Shown here one piece after another: positions 49,578-59,717 of a DNA stretch of 64,000 nucleotides. This DNA is from Clostridia bacterium (GTDB lineage Bacteria > Bacillota > Clostridia > Christensenellales > Aristaeellaceae), in the NCBI GenBank assembly GCA_017448975.1, contig JAFSKN010000028.1, forward strand, positions 2,035 to 66,034, read 5' to 3'. Both the position numbers and the translations under genes were made by a program. The notes beneath the pieces are model-generated. The model saw nothing but the letters and a program-made list of their open reading frames with translations, was not told the DNA's origin and ran no database searches. The first letter of the stretch is position 1. Each line of letters opens with the position of its first letter.

Positions 49578-50129
49578 ATGGAAATCGAAGGAAAGCATGC
49601 CGTCATTACCCCCGAAGGCGTATTCATCATCGGCACCTACGATGAAAATGGCATTCCTAACGCCATGAACGCAGCTTGGGGTATGCAGAGCGACATGGGT
49701 GAAATCACCCTGATGCTGTCCAAGCACAAGACCACCGAAAACTTTGAAAAGACCGGGGCGTTCACCGTTGCGTTTGGCACAGCAGACACTGTTCTGATTT
49801 CCGATTATTTTGGCGTGGAAACCGGCAGCAAGGTCAACAAGATCGAAAAAGCCGGGTGTCATGTCCATAAGAGCGCTCATGTAAACGCCCCGATCATCGA
49901 AGAATACCCTCTGACGCTGGAATGTAAGGTGCGTTCCTGGAACCCGGAAACGGGTTATCTGATCGGAGAAATCGTGGCGTCTCAAGCTGATGAGTCCATT
50001 TTAACCGACGGCAAGGTGGATCTGAGCAAGCTGCGTCCTATTATCTTCGATCCTGCCGCTGGAGCTTACCGCGTGGTTGGAGAAATTGTCGGGAAAGCAT
50101 TTCATGACGGTTTGAAGTTAAAGCAGTGA
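49578..50129 (+). CDS. flavin reductase family protein
   Basis: 183-aa split-barrel-like protein. Assignment from recalled family features (PNAMNAAWG..). Confidence 0.65.
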   Translation: MEIEGKHAVITPEGVFIIGTYDENGIPNAMNAAWGMQSDMGEITLMLSKHKTTENFEKTGAFTVAFGTADTVLISDYFGVETGSKVNKIEKAGCHVHKSAHVNAPIIEEYPLTLECKVRSWNPETGYLIGEIVASQADESILTDGKVDLSKLRPIIFDPAAGAYRVVGEIVGKAFHDGLKLKQ

Positions 50130-50195
50130 CATATTTCGGTTAATCAAAGGGCTGCCGCAGAAAAAAACATCTGCGGCGGTTCGTTCATTTCCCAC

Positions 50196-51146
50196 TCATG
50201 ACGCCCTTTTCTGCGGAATGGAGGCCATGATCGTTTCCGCAAAGGGCGTATCGCTGACTGCCTGCTGACGTTCCTCCATGCTGGTGTGGACATAGCGGTT
50301 GGTGACGTACACGGTGGAATGGCCGCCGACGTCCCGGGCCATGGCGGAGCCGCCCGCTTGATCCACGGCGGTCAGCAGGGTGTGGCGGAAGATATGCACG
50401 CCTGTTTTCAGGTTCAGGCGCTGCTGCTTGGCCGCGAGGGATTTCCATAATGTTTTCCGATCCAGTCGGTTCCCCTTTTGCGACAGGAACAGCGGATCGT
50501 CCGGCTTCGCATCCTGCCGCCCGTTCAGATACCGATCGATGCAGGGAGCCACGAAGTCCGCGACGCTGACATGGGCCCAGTTTCCCCCTTTACGGAGGCA
50601 GAACAGGTCGCCCTGGCGGATTCCCTCCATTTGGCTGATGTTCAGGGCGCAGACCTCAAATGCCCTGAGGCCGCTGCCCAGGATCAGGGCGATAATGGCG
50701 GCGTCCCGAAGATCGTTATGCTTGGGACGGGGACCGGATACCGCCTCGATCAGCGCTTTGACCTCCTCTGCGGTATACCGCTTCTGGGCCTGCTTTTCAA
50801 GGACTTCCGGCGTCTTTTTTTCCTTGACGCAGTGCAGGACTTGCGAAGGGTCTTTTTTGATCATCCCGATGCCCTTCATGCAGGAAAAGAAGCGTTTCAG
50901 GATGACGATATAATTGTTCCGGGTGCTGACCGTCCTGTCTTCGGCAGCCAATTCCTGCAAATAGGCTGAAAGGTGAAGGCCCTTGATGCGGCCGATATCC
51001 TCCGGCTTCAGGCTCAGGCCATGCTGCTCCTGCAAATAGCGGTCAAACCGCCGCAGAAAGGAACCGTACTGCTGTACGGTAGCGGGACGCTTTTCCTCAG
51101 CGGACACATGCGCCTCAAAAAAGGCAACCAGATCCTGAACGGTCAT
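50196..51146 (-). CDS. tyrosine recombinase (XerC/D-like), second recombinase of the element
   Basis: Start MTVQDLV after GGAAGGAGG. Catalytic region ..RAFEVCAL.., HIFRHTLLT, GGHSTVYVTNRYVH. Confidence 0.85.
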   Translation of the reverse strand: MTVQDLVAFFEAHVSAEEKRPATVQQYGSFLRRFDRYLQEQHGLSLKPEDIGRIKGLHLSAYLQELAAEDRTVSTRNNYIVILKRFFSCMKGIGMIKKDPSQVLHCVKEKKTPEVLEKQAQKRYTAEEVKALIEAVSGPRPKHNDLRDAAIIALILGSGLRAFEVCALNISQMEGIRQGDLFCLRKGGNWAHVSVADFVAPCIDRYLNGRQDAKPDDPLFLSQKGNRLDRKTLWKSLAAKQQRLNLKTGVHIFRHTLLTAVDQAGGSAMARDVGGHSTVYVTNRYVHTSMEERQQAVSDTPFAETIMASIPQKRAS

Positions 51147-51337
51147 GCCGCGCCTCCTTCCGTCTGCGGAAGCTCCATGTACTCCCGCAGAATGTCCAGC
51201 ATCCGCAGTGTGATGGGATAAACCCAATGCGTGAGGCCCTTCTCGTAATATTGCCGGAGAAAGGGAATCCGGTGCGCATAGAAGAACTGCTCCAGATAGC
51301 GGTCAGCGGTCACAAAGAAAGTTTTGTTCACCTTCAT
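51143..51337 (-). CDS. hypothetical small protein
   Basis: 64-aa ORF with an ATGA junction to the recombinase gene. Confidence 0.45.
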   Translation of the reverse strand: MKVNKTFFVTADRYLEQFFYAHRIPFLRQYYEKGLTHWVYPITLRMLDILREYMELPQTEGGAA

Positions 51338-51347
51338 CCCTCCTGCG

Positions 51348-51962
51348 TCAGTGTTCGTGAAAAACTACAGCTTCTCCCTGCTTCAAATCCCAGCAGCTCA
51401 TCCCGGTGATCACGCAGTCGCCGCAGTAGGACGGGCAGAGGCGGGCGTTTTCGGGGATCGGGGCCGCTTCATGCCTGAAACGGATGTGAGCGACGGGCAG
51501 ATCATACGGATTTTCCGGCTGGAAAGAGCCCCAGGCGCTCAGTACCACGGTCAGGTTATCGGGCAGCGCGCCATGAGCCGTGATATAGGCGTTGACCAGT
51601 TCGTATTTCTTGGTAAAGCACAAAAACCGGGTGTTATGCAGGTTCCGGGCGATCCGCACCATCATGGCCAGATAATCCGCGTCCGGGATGTCGCCGGAGG
51701 AATGCCAGCGGAAGAAGCGGGAACGGAACGCGGCGATGGTCACCTCCTGCTCAAAGAACTGGGGATCACAGTGCCAAAGCTCCAGATTGGTTTCCAGATA
51801 GGCGCGGTTCCGCATAAAGCTGAACCGTCCCCGGCGGGCATAGCATTTCTTAAAGCAAGGCGCGTCCTTCCGGCAAGTGCAGCCCACCGGAAGATTCACA
51901 GAAGGAATATCCGCACCCAGCTTGGAAACGCCGTAGGAAATATGCACATGATCGTGAACCAT
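51348..51962 (-). CDS. GP88-family-like Cys-rich protein
   Basis: HISYGVSKLGADIPSVNLPVGCTCRKDAPCFKKCYA resembles the phage Gp88 family, from memory. Confidence 0.45.
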   Translation of the reverse strand: MVHDHVHISYGVSKLGADIPSVNLPVGCTCRKDAPCFKKCYARRGRFSFMRNRAYLETNLELWHCDPQFFEQEVTIAAFRSRFFRWHSSGDIPDADYLAMMVRIARNLHNTRFLCFTKKYELVNAYITAHGALPDNLTVVLSAWGSFQPENPYDLPVAHIRFRHEAAPIPENARLCPSYCGDCVITGMSCWDLKQGEAVVFHEH

Positions 51963-52039
51963 ACTGCCTCCTTTGCGCGAAAAAAGCGGCTCCCGTGATC
52001 GAGAGCCGCCTGTGCGGTGTGTGTCTGCAAAAGGAGCCG

Positions 52040-52342
52040 TTATGCCGCCGTTTCCTCCTCCTCCGCCGGATAGCAGCCGGGCAGCACTTCCTCAAAGCCG
52101 CAAAAATACTGCCACAGGTAATCCGCTGTATCATAAGCGGGAAGGTGTCGGAAAAAATCGCTGTCCGTAAAGCCGGGAATATCCTCCTTCATTTCTTCTT
52201 CCACAAATTCCAGGAAACCGTCAAAGAACGCGGCGACGATCCTGCGATCCAGTCCCAGGGAGTTTTCGTAATCGCTGTAATAGAGAGAGTTCAGCACGAT
52301 TTCCAGCCGGAGCTTCCATAATTGTGCCTGTGTGAGGGGCAT
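52040..52342 (-). CDS. hypothetical protein
   Basis: 100-aa ORF, tightly packed in the minus-strand operon. Confidence 0.4.
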   Translation of the reverse strand: MPLTQAQLWKLRLEIVLNSLYYSDYENSLGLDRRIVAAFFDGFLEFVEEEMKEDIPGFTDSDFFRHLPAYDTADYLWQYFCGFEEVLPGCYPAEEEETAA

Positions 52343-52371
52343 TTATCTTCCTCCTTCCTGTGCGGTTTTAC

Positions 52372-52674
52372 TCAATGCTGATATAAGGCATCCACCGCAT
52401 CCCGCAGCGCCTGTGCGGAGGGCGGCATACCGGAATCCCGGTAAGCCAGCAGCGGAAAATAGCTGCCGTTTGCCCACACCAGTTCATCTTCCTGAAAGGA
52501 CGGGTGCCAGGCCACGACATACTGAACCGGATCGCCTTCCTTGAAGAGCGTTTCGTCCGTACCGGCCAGCTGCAGGAGCAGCAGCGCATCCCTGCCCACG
52601 GCAATACAGAGATGCGGAATCTCCCGAATTACGAGCTTTTTACCAACCAACTGATTCAGTTCATCCTGCGTCAT
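52372..52674 (-). CDS. hypothetical protein
   Basis: Start placed at MTQDELNQL. The longer track ORF upstream looks like non-coding read-in. Confidence 0.4.
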   Translation of the reverse strand: MTQDELNQLVGKKLVIREIPHLCIAVGRDALLLLQLAGTDETLFKEGDPVQYVVAWHPSFQEDELVWANGSYFPLLAYRDSGMPPSAQALRDAVDALYQH

Positions 52675-52987
52675 ATTCTCCTCCTTCGTATGCCAGGCTG
52701 TATACCCCGCCCGGCCAGCGGACGTCAAACCAAAGCCAAACATCAAAGCGATAGGTTCCAGCGGGAAAGCCCAGGTATTCTTCTTCGATACAGTCTTCAT
52801 CGGCGATGGAAACATCGCTGAAAAGCAGCCAGAGACCGCGCAGTTCTTCCTTGGTATACGCCATGTCCTGACCGCACACTTCCAGACCTTCATATTCCTG
52901 ACATTCGGGGCAATGGCCGGGAATGGTGATTTCCTCTTCCCGGCCAAGCCACCCGCAGCGATTGCAGCGGCAGATTTTCAAGTTCAT
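52661..52987 (-). CDS. zinc-ribbon hypothetical protein
   Basis: MNLKICRCNRCGW..GHCPECQ. Start uncertain; 53023 is possible. Confidence 0.4.
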   Translation of the reverse strand: MNLKICRCNRCGWLGREEEITIPGHCPECQEYEGLEVCGQDMAYTKEELRGLWLLFSDVSIADEDCIEEEYLGFPAGTYRFDVWLWFDVRWPGGVYSLAYEGGEYDAG

Positions 52988-52997
52988 CCCTCCCTCT

Positions 52998-55430
52998 TTA
53001 CGCTGCCTGCAGCATGAAAACATTGTTGTAATAGCTGCCTTCCTTGCTGGCGCCCTGGGAACCGCCCAGACTGTCCAAATATTGTTCGCCGGCTTTGGAT
53101 TTGGAGATATAGAGATAGTAGTTCATGGCGGTAAAGTCCATATCGGCGGCAACAGGCCGGTAATCATGGCTCAGCACAACACGGGCGCCCATTTCCTTCG
53201 CTTTCTCCGCCGCCAGCTCAGCAAACAGCTTCTGCACGGTCTTTTTGGCCAGATCGTCGATGCCGTTGGTGTACAGGCGCTCCAGGAAAACGGCCAGCTC
53301 TTCGCTTTTCTTTTCCGGCTCAACGGCGTCGGGATGGAGCACGTCCGCAAATTCCAGGGACTTGACCGCCCTGCCTCCCGGCGCGGTAAAGCTGCCCTTG
53401 GTCAGGCGCAGCATGGCCCTGGCCACGGGCCTTCCGCCCATGGTGGCGTAGATGATCTTTTTGTTGCTGTCGAAGCAGGCCAGCAGGCAATGGCGGTATG
53501 CGCCATCCTTATAATTCAGGCAAGTGCGCTGGGGAATCTGGCCGATCCGCATGGTGGAGAAGAAATCGTCCCGTTCCTCAGCGTGGATTTTTCCCTGCGT
53601 GATTTCCGTGTTCTCCATCCACCGCCGCTTCTGCTGCTCCGTGATGGGAAAGGACAGCTCCCGCTGAAGATCGTCGCTGTGATACTTTACCTGTTCGTAC
53701 TGCCCCATGAGCAGCGCCCGCACGATCCGGTAAAAGCCCTTGGGATCATGCAGGCCCCGGGAATAATCCATGGAAATGGACGCGCCTTCTTTGCAGAGGA
53801 AGGAAATGATCTCCTGTTCATGCTCCCGCGTAAAATCACCGTCCAGCTGGAGCGCTTCCCGCAGCGCGGCCCAATCCCTGTCCAGACGCTGAATATCCTT
53901 CAGCACCTCCGGCCATGCCGTATATGTTTTCAGCGCTTCATGTTGGCGAAGCATAAAATCCGCTTCGTCGCTGGTGCAGATATCCGGCAGGAACCGCTCA
54001 ACCTGATCGTATACGGACAGGATGCGGACGCAGAGGCGCAGCGTCAGTCCCTTGATGTGCGCAAACTCCTGATCCCGCCAGTCCATCAGATTCTTTGCGG
54101 AGAGGCGGCGGGCCAGCTGGCTGATCTGATCTTCGTTCATTTCTTCATCCAGCAGATCGTGCTTGAGCAGCTGCCGGATGGTCAGCAGCCGGTCGTCCGT
54201 CCGGGGAATATCCAGCAGGTCATACAGCCGCGCATAGCATTCTTCCGCCTGAAACAGCGTTTTCAGTTCGTCGAAGGTGAACATCCTCCGGCTGAGACGG
54301 TTCAGGCTGCGTCCGTTCTTTTTTCCGCCGATGATTTTCTGGCATTCCGCCAGGTTTTTGAGAGTCAGGGCGTTCAGCCGCGTCCTGGAATAGAAATCCT
54401 GATAGAAGAGCATGGAACTGTCAGAAATGGATTGATAGAGCGGGAAGTTTTCTTCGATCAGGCGCAGGAAAGCTTTCTGCTTATGCGTTAAGGCATAGGC
54501 CAGCAGCTGGAACGCGCCGCCGTGTACCTCCCGGAAGGGAATGCCGATTCCAAAGCTGCCATACAGCGCGTTCAAATAGGCCAGGTAGTTATTGAGCGCC
54601 GCGTCGATTTCTTCCATTGTCCGATTTCGTGTCCAGCGGATAAAGGCTTCCAGTTCTTCCGCTAACGCGCCATTGTCCAGCCAGTATCGGATGAAGATGC
54701 CGGTTCGGTCGCCGTCGGTACCAAGGATGGAATGGATTTTTTCGAGCTTTTCCTTCATTTCCTCAGTAAGAGCATACAGGCTCGTCCAGTCCGCTTCATC
54801 CAGGGAAAGCTCGATCCCAGCGGCGCACCAGGCATCCAGAAGTGACAGACAAATGGGATGGGCGGCAAGCCGAGGCAGCACTTCGGAAAAGGCCGCGCCA
54901 TTGATATACGCTCCTAGACACGGATGGGAAAACAATTCCCGTTCCTCCTCCGGCAATGCGGCCAGCCCGCCCTCCAATTCGTGATAGCAGGCAAACACAT
55001 TATCCGCGGCGGCCTGCAGCGCCTGTTCTGTCCAGCCCCTGTGCAGATAATACCGGGCAAATTCCTGCTTGCCGCGCATGTCCGCCAGCCGCAGGGAAAA
55101 GACATACAGCAATTCCTCCCCGGAATAATCCATGATCCCGCAGCCCGTTTCGTTCGCCGTCGAAAGCCATTGCTCGACCTGATAGGCCGAAACGCCGTTT
55201 CCCAGGAGAAAGCGCAGCCTTTCAGAAAAACCGGGAACGGTGATCAGCGCCGCCTGAATGGAGAAGCATTTCTGATAGGCGTTTTTATCAAGCGCGCCAT
55301 CCTCCAGCTGTTCACAGCAGGCATTGATCTGCTGCTCTGTGTACTCCGCTGTCAGCTTGAGGGCCAGGCCGCTCTGTTCCATTTGGCCGAGAGTTTTCAT
55401 CCGTTCAGTCATCATCAGCATGGTTCGCAT
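52998..55430 (-). CDS. large uncharacterised protein (810 aa)
   Basis: Uninterrupted helical-looking ORF. I recognise no family. Confidence 0.6.
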   Translation of the reverse strand: MRTMLMMTERMKTLGQMEQSGLALKLTAEYTEQQINACCEQLEDGALDKNAYQKCFSIQAALITVPGFSERLRFLLGNGVSAYQVEQWLSTANETGCGIMDYSGEELLYVFSLRLADMRGKQEFARYYLHRGWTEQALQAAADNVFACYHELEGGLAALPEEERELFSHPCLGAYINGAAFSEVLPRLAAHPICLSLLDAWCAAGIELSLDEADWTSLYALTEEMKEKLEKIHSILGTDGDRTGIFIRYWLDNGALAEELEAFIRWTRNRTMEEIDAALNNYLAYLNALYGSFGIGIPFREVHGGAFQLLAYALTHKQKAFLRLIEENFPLYQSISDSSMLFYQDFYSRTRLNALTLKNLAECQKIIGGKKNGRSLNRLSRRMFTFDELKTLFQAEECYARLYDLLDIPRTDDRLLTIRQLLKHDLLDEEMNEDQISQLARRLSAKNLMDWRDQEFAHIKGLTLRLCVRILSVYDQVERFLPDICTSDEADFMLRQHEALKTYTAWPEVLKDIQRLDRDWAALREALQLDGDFTREHEQEIISFLCKEGASISMDYSRGLHDPKGFYRIVRALLMGQYEQVKYHSDDLQRELSFPITEQQKRRWMENTEITQGKIHAEERDDFFSTMRIGQIPQRTCLNYKDGAYRHCLLACFDSNKKIIYATMGGRPVARAMLRLTKGSFTAPGGRAVKSLEFADVLHPDAVEPEKKSEELAVFLERLYTNGIDDLAKKTVQKLFAELAAEKAKEMGARVVLSHDYRPVAADMDFTAMNYYLYISKSKAGEQYLDSLGGSQGASKEGSYYNNVFMLQAA

Positions 55431-57570
55431 CCTCCTCTTCCAGCATCGTCACTTCATTCAGCGTGTTCTGCACATCCGCCTGTTTCATTTCGTCGTACTG
55501 AACGAGCGTGCCCATCAATTCCAGCAGCGTTCCGAATTCCTTTTTATTGAATGTGCGCTGCTTCATGAGAATGCCGGCCAAAAGGCACACGGCGTGCTGG
55601 ACAGCGTAACGCTTGACGCTGGAATAGAAGCAGCGGTCCAGATACTTCATGATGGATTCCAGCGTGCCGTCAAAACGCTCATCCATTTCCTTGCAGGTTT
55701 TGATCCGTTCCGCTTCGGCTTCGGCCACCTTTTTCCGCTGTTTCCTTTCCTCCTCCGCCTGGCGCTCCGCTTCCAGTTCATCAGCGGAAAGAAAGACCCT
55801 TTTCAGGGCGGGGATGTCCGAATGATTCGGCTTTCTTTCCTGGATGGAATCAAAGATGGGCCGTAATTCTGCCCGGTCATACAGATCCAGGGTTTCCGGG
55901 GCGGTCAGGAAGGCAAATACCATATCGTCATAGTCCGAAGGCGCGAACAGGAACACGGATTCGTCGATCCACTCATACAGCCTGCGGTTTTCCTCCCGGG
56001 TAAGGAAAGCCCGCTGATAGCGCACCTCCTTCTTGTGATTGGAATACCCATAAATGCCCCTGGAGGCGGAAGAAAACGCTTCATGAAAGGATTTGTCTTG
56101 AAAGAAGGAGCGAAGCTGCCGCATCTCGAACGTGGAAAAGAACGACTGCCAGAAGTCAAAGGCGGGACGGGTCTTGACGCCGGAAACCATATCCCAGACA
56201 TACCGCAAGGGCGAATACTGGTATCTGGTGTCCTGCTCATCCTTGTGTTCATTGAAGAAATCCCACAGGGTGACAGCGCAGAACCGCACGCAGATGGCAA
56301 AGATATCTTCCTCGTTATATGAAAAAACCCGGAATGAATCCGTATAACCATCACCCGTCAGTTTTTCATATTTATCCAGCCATGCGCGGAAGCTCTCGGC
56401 TGTAAGGCCTTTCTGCGCCTGGAGCTGCTCCCTGAATACTTCATGGTATTTTTCCTTCGGCAGTTCCCTGGCCAGCGCATCCCAGCGGTCATCCAACGCA
56501 TCGAAAGGCAGGCTGTCCTTCCATTCCAGATCCCGGAGCATCCAGACCATGATTTTCGGACAGACAATGTGAACAGCCTTGGCCAGCGCCATGCGCATGC
56601 CGGAGTTGCCCTCGTATTTGATTTTATACTCCTGATAGCGTTCCAGCAGCCAGGCCGCGTATTCCAGCATAGAATCGTCTGGCGGAACCTGCGCGTTCAT
56701 GCAGGAGAGGACAAAGGCGGATGCCAGCTTTTCCGCCGGGATAGAATCCGGCATCACATGATAGTATTGCAGCTTCCTGTCCCACACGAACAGCGAATTG
56801 AGGTAAAGGATGTCCAGCTTGGTATATCCCGCCTGAAACAGATCGCTGTGGGCGGTGTCCTTTTCCCGCACATAGCCCTTGGCCAGCGCAAAAAGCGCCC
56901 GCATGAGCGCGTTGTCCTTCTTGCGGCATTTCTTGATCGCTTTCGCGCAGCGCTCCAGCAGCCATCCGAAGATACCGCCGTTGCCCGCCGCATTCAGCGT
57001 CCTGCCTTTGCCCAGCAGCGCCGTCAGGAGAAGAAGGATCTGCTCATAGTACGGTTCAGCGCGTTCCAGGGAACAGAGGAAGAAGATCAGTTCTTCCGTC
57101 CGCTGATAGGTTCGATTCAGCAAAGCTTGAAGCCTCGCTTCCTTCTCTTCACCCTCCGAAAGCAGGAACAGGGAAACGGCGATATAGACGTCATTCTTTT
57201 CTTTTTTCAGAATCGCCTTCATAAAGCTGGCCCGCTGCTTGCCCACAAACATATTGGGCGTCAGGATCGGCGCGGTCCAGGCCAGTGCCAGAGCCAGGGC
57301 GCGGGTGTTTTCCGGTGTATCGCCCAGTTTTTCCCCATACCGTTCCAGCAATTCGCCTACATAGCGGATGCTGTAGGGTTCAAAAAACGCCGCGCTGTCA
57401 GCCTTCTCATACCAGGGAAGATCACATAAAACATTCTGAACCTGCGATATCTGCTTGGGCGCTTCCGTGGTTGTGATGGCCAGCTGTACGGCAGCGTTGA
57501 ACAATGGGATGTTGAACTGTTCTTCATAGGCGCTGCACCTTCCGGCAGCGGGACAAGGGTTTTGCTTCAT
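55405..57570 (-). CDS. large uncharacterised protein (721 aa)
   Basis: Uninterrupted ORF overlapping the next gene by 26 nt. I recognise no family. Confidence 0.6.
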   Translation of the reverse strand: MKQNPCPAAGRCSAYEEQFNIPLFNAAVQLAITTTEAPKQISQVQNVLCDLPWYEKADSAAFFEPYSIRYVGELLERYGEKLGDTPENTRALALALAWTAPILTPNMFVGKQRASFMKAILKKEKNDVYIAVSLFLLSEGEEKEARLQALLNRTYQRTEELIFFLCSLERAEPYYEQILLLLTALLGKGRTLNAAGNGGIFGWLLERCAKAIKKCRKKDNALMRALFALAKGYVREKDTAHSDLFQAGYTKLDILYLNSLFVWDRKLQYYHVMPDSIPAEKLASAFVLSCMNAQVPPDDSMLEYAAWLLERYQEYKIKYEGNSGMRMALAKAVHIVCPKIMVWMLRDLEWKDSLPFDALDDRWDALARELPKEKYHEVFREQLQAQKGLTAESFRAWLDKYEKLTGDGYTDSFRVFSYNEEDIFAICVRFCAVTLWDFFNEHKDEQDTRYQYSPLRYVWDMVSGVKTRPAFDFWQSFFSTFEMRQLRSFFQDKSFHEAFSSASRGIYGYSNHKKEVRYQRAFLTREENRRLYEWIDESVFLFAPSDYDDMVFAFLTAPETLDLYDRAELRPIFDSIQERKPNHSDIPALKRVFLSADELEAERQAEEERKQRKKVAEAEAERIKTCKEMDERFDGTLESIMKYLDRCFYSSVKRYAVQHAVCLLAGILMKQRTFNKKEFGTLLELMGTLVQYDEMKQADVQNTLNEVTMLEEEDANHADDD

Positions 57571-57600
57571 AAGCGCCTCCTTCGTGTTTGTTCAGTCCGA

Positions 57601-58461
57601 TCAGGCAGGCATATGCTCCATCAGATAAGCTTCCTCGCTGTCATCGCATTCCTCCAGCCTGCCAATCAGCCCAGCGCACTCATCCGGCAGATAGGAGGGA
57701 AGCTCCTTGAGCATATCGTCCACATCGCCCAGGAAGCCCCAGCAGGAGTCCTCCTCCTCTCCGTCTTTATATAGGCGGAAGCCGTAGCACTCGCCCCGGA
57801 GATACATATCGTAACTTTTGACTTCCGCTTCCAGGACTTCTTCCGCCTTTTTGACCGTTTCCTTGTTCACGGCCCCGTAGTTCTTTTGGATTTCCTCCCG
57901 ATCCGCGTAGGTGTAGCCCACCTGCCCGGAATCCCACCTATCCCCAAAGTCGTGGGTTGACATGGTAATTCCGCTGTGGTCAAAGAGGAAAAGCGGGAGG
58001 ATGACCAGATCCTCCCGTTCTCCCAACAGTTCCTTCAGGTCGTCGATGGTCAAAGCGTTCAGCATATCGTCGAAGAACCAGCCGCCGTCATTGAGCTGGC
58101 TTTTCGGGGCGGAGCTTTCCAAATCCCATCTGGGCTTGGAATCTCCAATGATCGTGCGAAGGCACCAGTAGGTATACAGCTCCCATTCGTGGGTGTGCCG
58201 GTTGTATTCCAGCCTCGCGCCCCGGGCTTTACCGGATTTCAGGAAGGAAATCAGCCGCTTGGCGTTGTCGTTCACAGATTTCCGATAAAGATCACGCAGG
58301 AAGTCTTCGGGATCGTCGTAGTTGTGCTTATCTCCCAGGCTGTACCGGCTGTGCCAGCAGACCATTTTTCCAAAGGGGTCGCAGTCTTCCCGGGGGTTCA
58401 GGGGAAAATCATCGTCCTCCACAAACAGCGTGTACGGCGCTTCATGGGCGGCCAAAATCAT
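57601..58461 (-). CDS. hypothetical protein (286 aa)
   Basis: ORF with an acidic N-terminus (FVEDDDFPLNPREDCDPFG). Confidence 0.5.
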   Translation of the reverse strand: MILAAHEAPYTLFVEDDDFPLNPREDCDPFGKMVCWHSRYSLGDKHNYDDPEDFLRDLYRKSVNDNAKRLISFLKSGKARGARLEYNRHTHEWELYTYWCLRTIIGDSKPRWDLESSAPKSQLNDGGWFFDDMLNALTIDDLKELLGEREDLVILPLFLFDHSGITMSTHDFGDRWDSGQVGYTYADREEIQKNYGAVNKETVKKAEEVLEAEVKSYDMYLRGECYGFRLYKDGEEEDSCWGFLGDVDDMLKELPSYLPDECAGLIGRLEECDDSEEAYLMEHMPA

Positions 58462-58496
58462 GCGCTCATCTCCTTCTGTGCATATTGCGAGTATAA

Positions 58497-59363
58497 TTAT
58501 GCAGCTTCCGTCTGCTCTGCCGCGTCCAGGTTCAGGATCAGGCGGGCAGCCTTTTCCGCTTTGCCCGCGGCTGAAACGATCAGGCGGCTGTCGTTCTTCA
58601 ATGCCGACAGCCAGTTCTGGATATAGGCAGTACTGTTTTTAAAGGTAGCGGGCGATTCAATGCCCAAGTCGTTCATGAGGAGGGCCGCGCCGATCTCGGC
58701 AACCAGTTCTTCCTTGGAATAATCGCTGTCTCCAAAGAAAGCGCCTTTGGTCAGGCGGTTCAGGCGCTTTTCATGGCCGGTGGAATGAGTGCATTCATGG
58801 AAGGCGGTGGAATAGTATTCCCGGATATCGGGAAACTGTTCCCGCAGTGGAAGGTGGACTTCATCCAAACTGGGCGAATAGTAGGCCTTGTCCTGCTTGG
58901 CGTGGAGGATGCGGCACCCGGAACGGAGACTGTAATCCGAAAGCACCTTTTCCGCTTCCTGGATGGGATCGGAAAAGGTCAGCTTGGGTTCGGTGTATTT
59001 GGGCTTCACATTTTCACACTGGTCGATATGGAACACATGGTAGTACCGCAGCAACGGAACGATTTTCGTGACTTCCTTGCCTTCCTTATTCGTCTCCTTC
59101 ACAGGCAGCGGCTTCCAAAAGACCACAAAGCTGGCCTTTTCTCCCTTGCGGATACTGCCGCCTGCGTCCAGGGCCTGCTTGAAGGTGAGATACTCCCCGG
59201 GCTTGAACAGCAGGAGCTGATTCAGCACCGAATACGGCCTGCCGGTGGAACGGCTGTAAGCGCCGGTGCGCACGCCTGTCCAGGGCTTCTGCCAGGGGAT
59301 CAGGCCCTTTTCCAGCTCCTCCAGGATGCGGTTCGTAACGATCTCATACACGTTGACGCCCAT
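58497..59363 (-). CDS. ArdC-like antirestriction protein (ssDNA-binding N-domain + zincin metalloprotease)
   Basis: N-terminal IVTNRILEELEKGLIPWQKPW and HECTHSTGH metalloprotease motif. Confidence 0.7.
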   Translation of the reverse strand: MGVNVYEIVTNRILEELEKGLIPWQKPWTGVRTGAYSRSTGRPYSVLNQLLLFKPGEYLTFKQALDAGGSIRKGEKASFVVFWKPLPVKETNKEGKEVTKIVPLLRYYHVFHIDQCENVKPKYTEPKLTFSDPIQEAEKVLSDYSLRSGCRILHAKQDKAYYSPSLDEVHLPLREQFPDIREYYSTAFHECTHSTGHEKRLNRLTKGAFFGDSDYSKEELVAEIGAALLMNDLGIESPATFKNSTAYIQNWLSALKNDSRLIVSAAGKAEKAARLILNLDAAEQTEAA

Positions 59364-59387
59364 GCGCGATCCCTCCTTCTGTGATTG

Positions 59388-59717
59388 TCAGTCCTGCTTT
59401 TTCGGCAGCTCCCCGGTGATGAAAGCGTTATACAGCCTGCCGCCGTCCTGCACACCCTGAAGATACGTCTGAATTGCCAATGCCGCGTTGACAGCATTGA
59501 AAGCGCATTCCAGTCCATCGAAATCAAAAGGGGCGCAATGGAGCTTGTCCATCAGGGCTTGTTCCTGCTCGGCGATGTTCTCCCGCGCCGCCGTGTATTC
59601 CGGGTAATCGTCAGGGCTGCGCTGCATCATTTGCTCCACGTCGCCCATTCTGCGATCAGCAATATCCACGGCGTATTCCCGCAATTTCTCCGGCCAGTTA
59701 TCAAGGTACAAAGTCAC
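59388..59717 (-). CDS. hypothetical protein
   Basis: 109-aa ORF. Confidence 0.4.
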   Translation of the reverse strand: MTLYLDNWPEKLREYAVDIADRRMGDVEQMMQRSPDDYPEYTAARENIAEQEQALMDKLHCAPFDFDGLECAFNAVNAALAIQTYLQGVQDGGRLYNAFITGELPKKQD

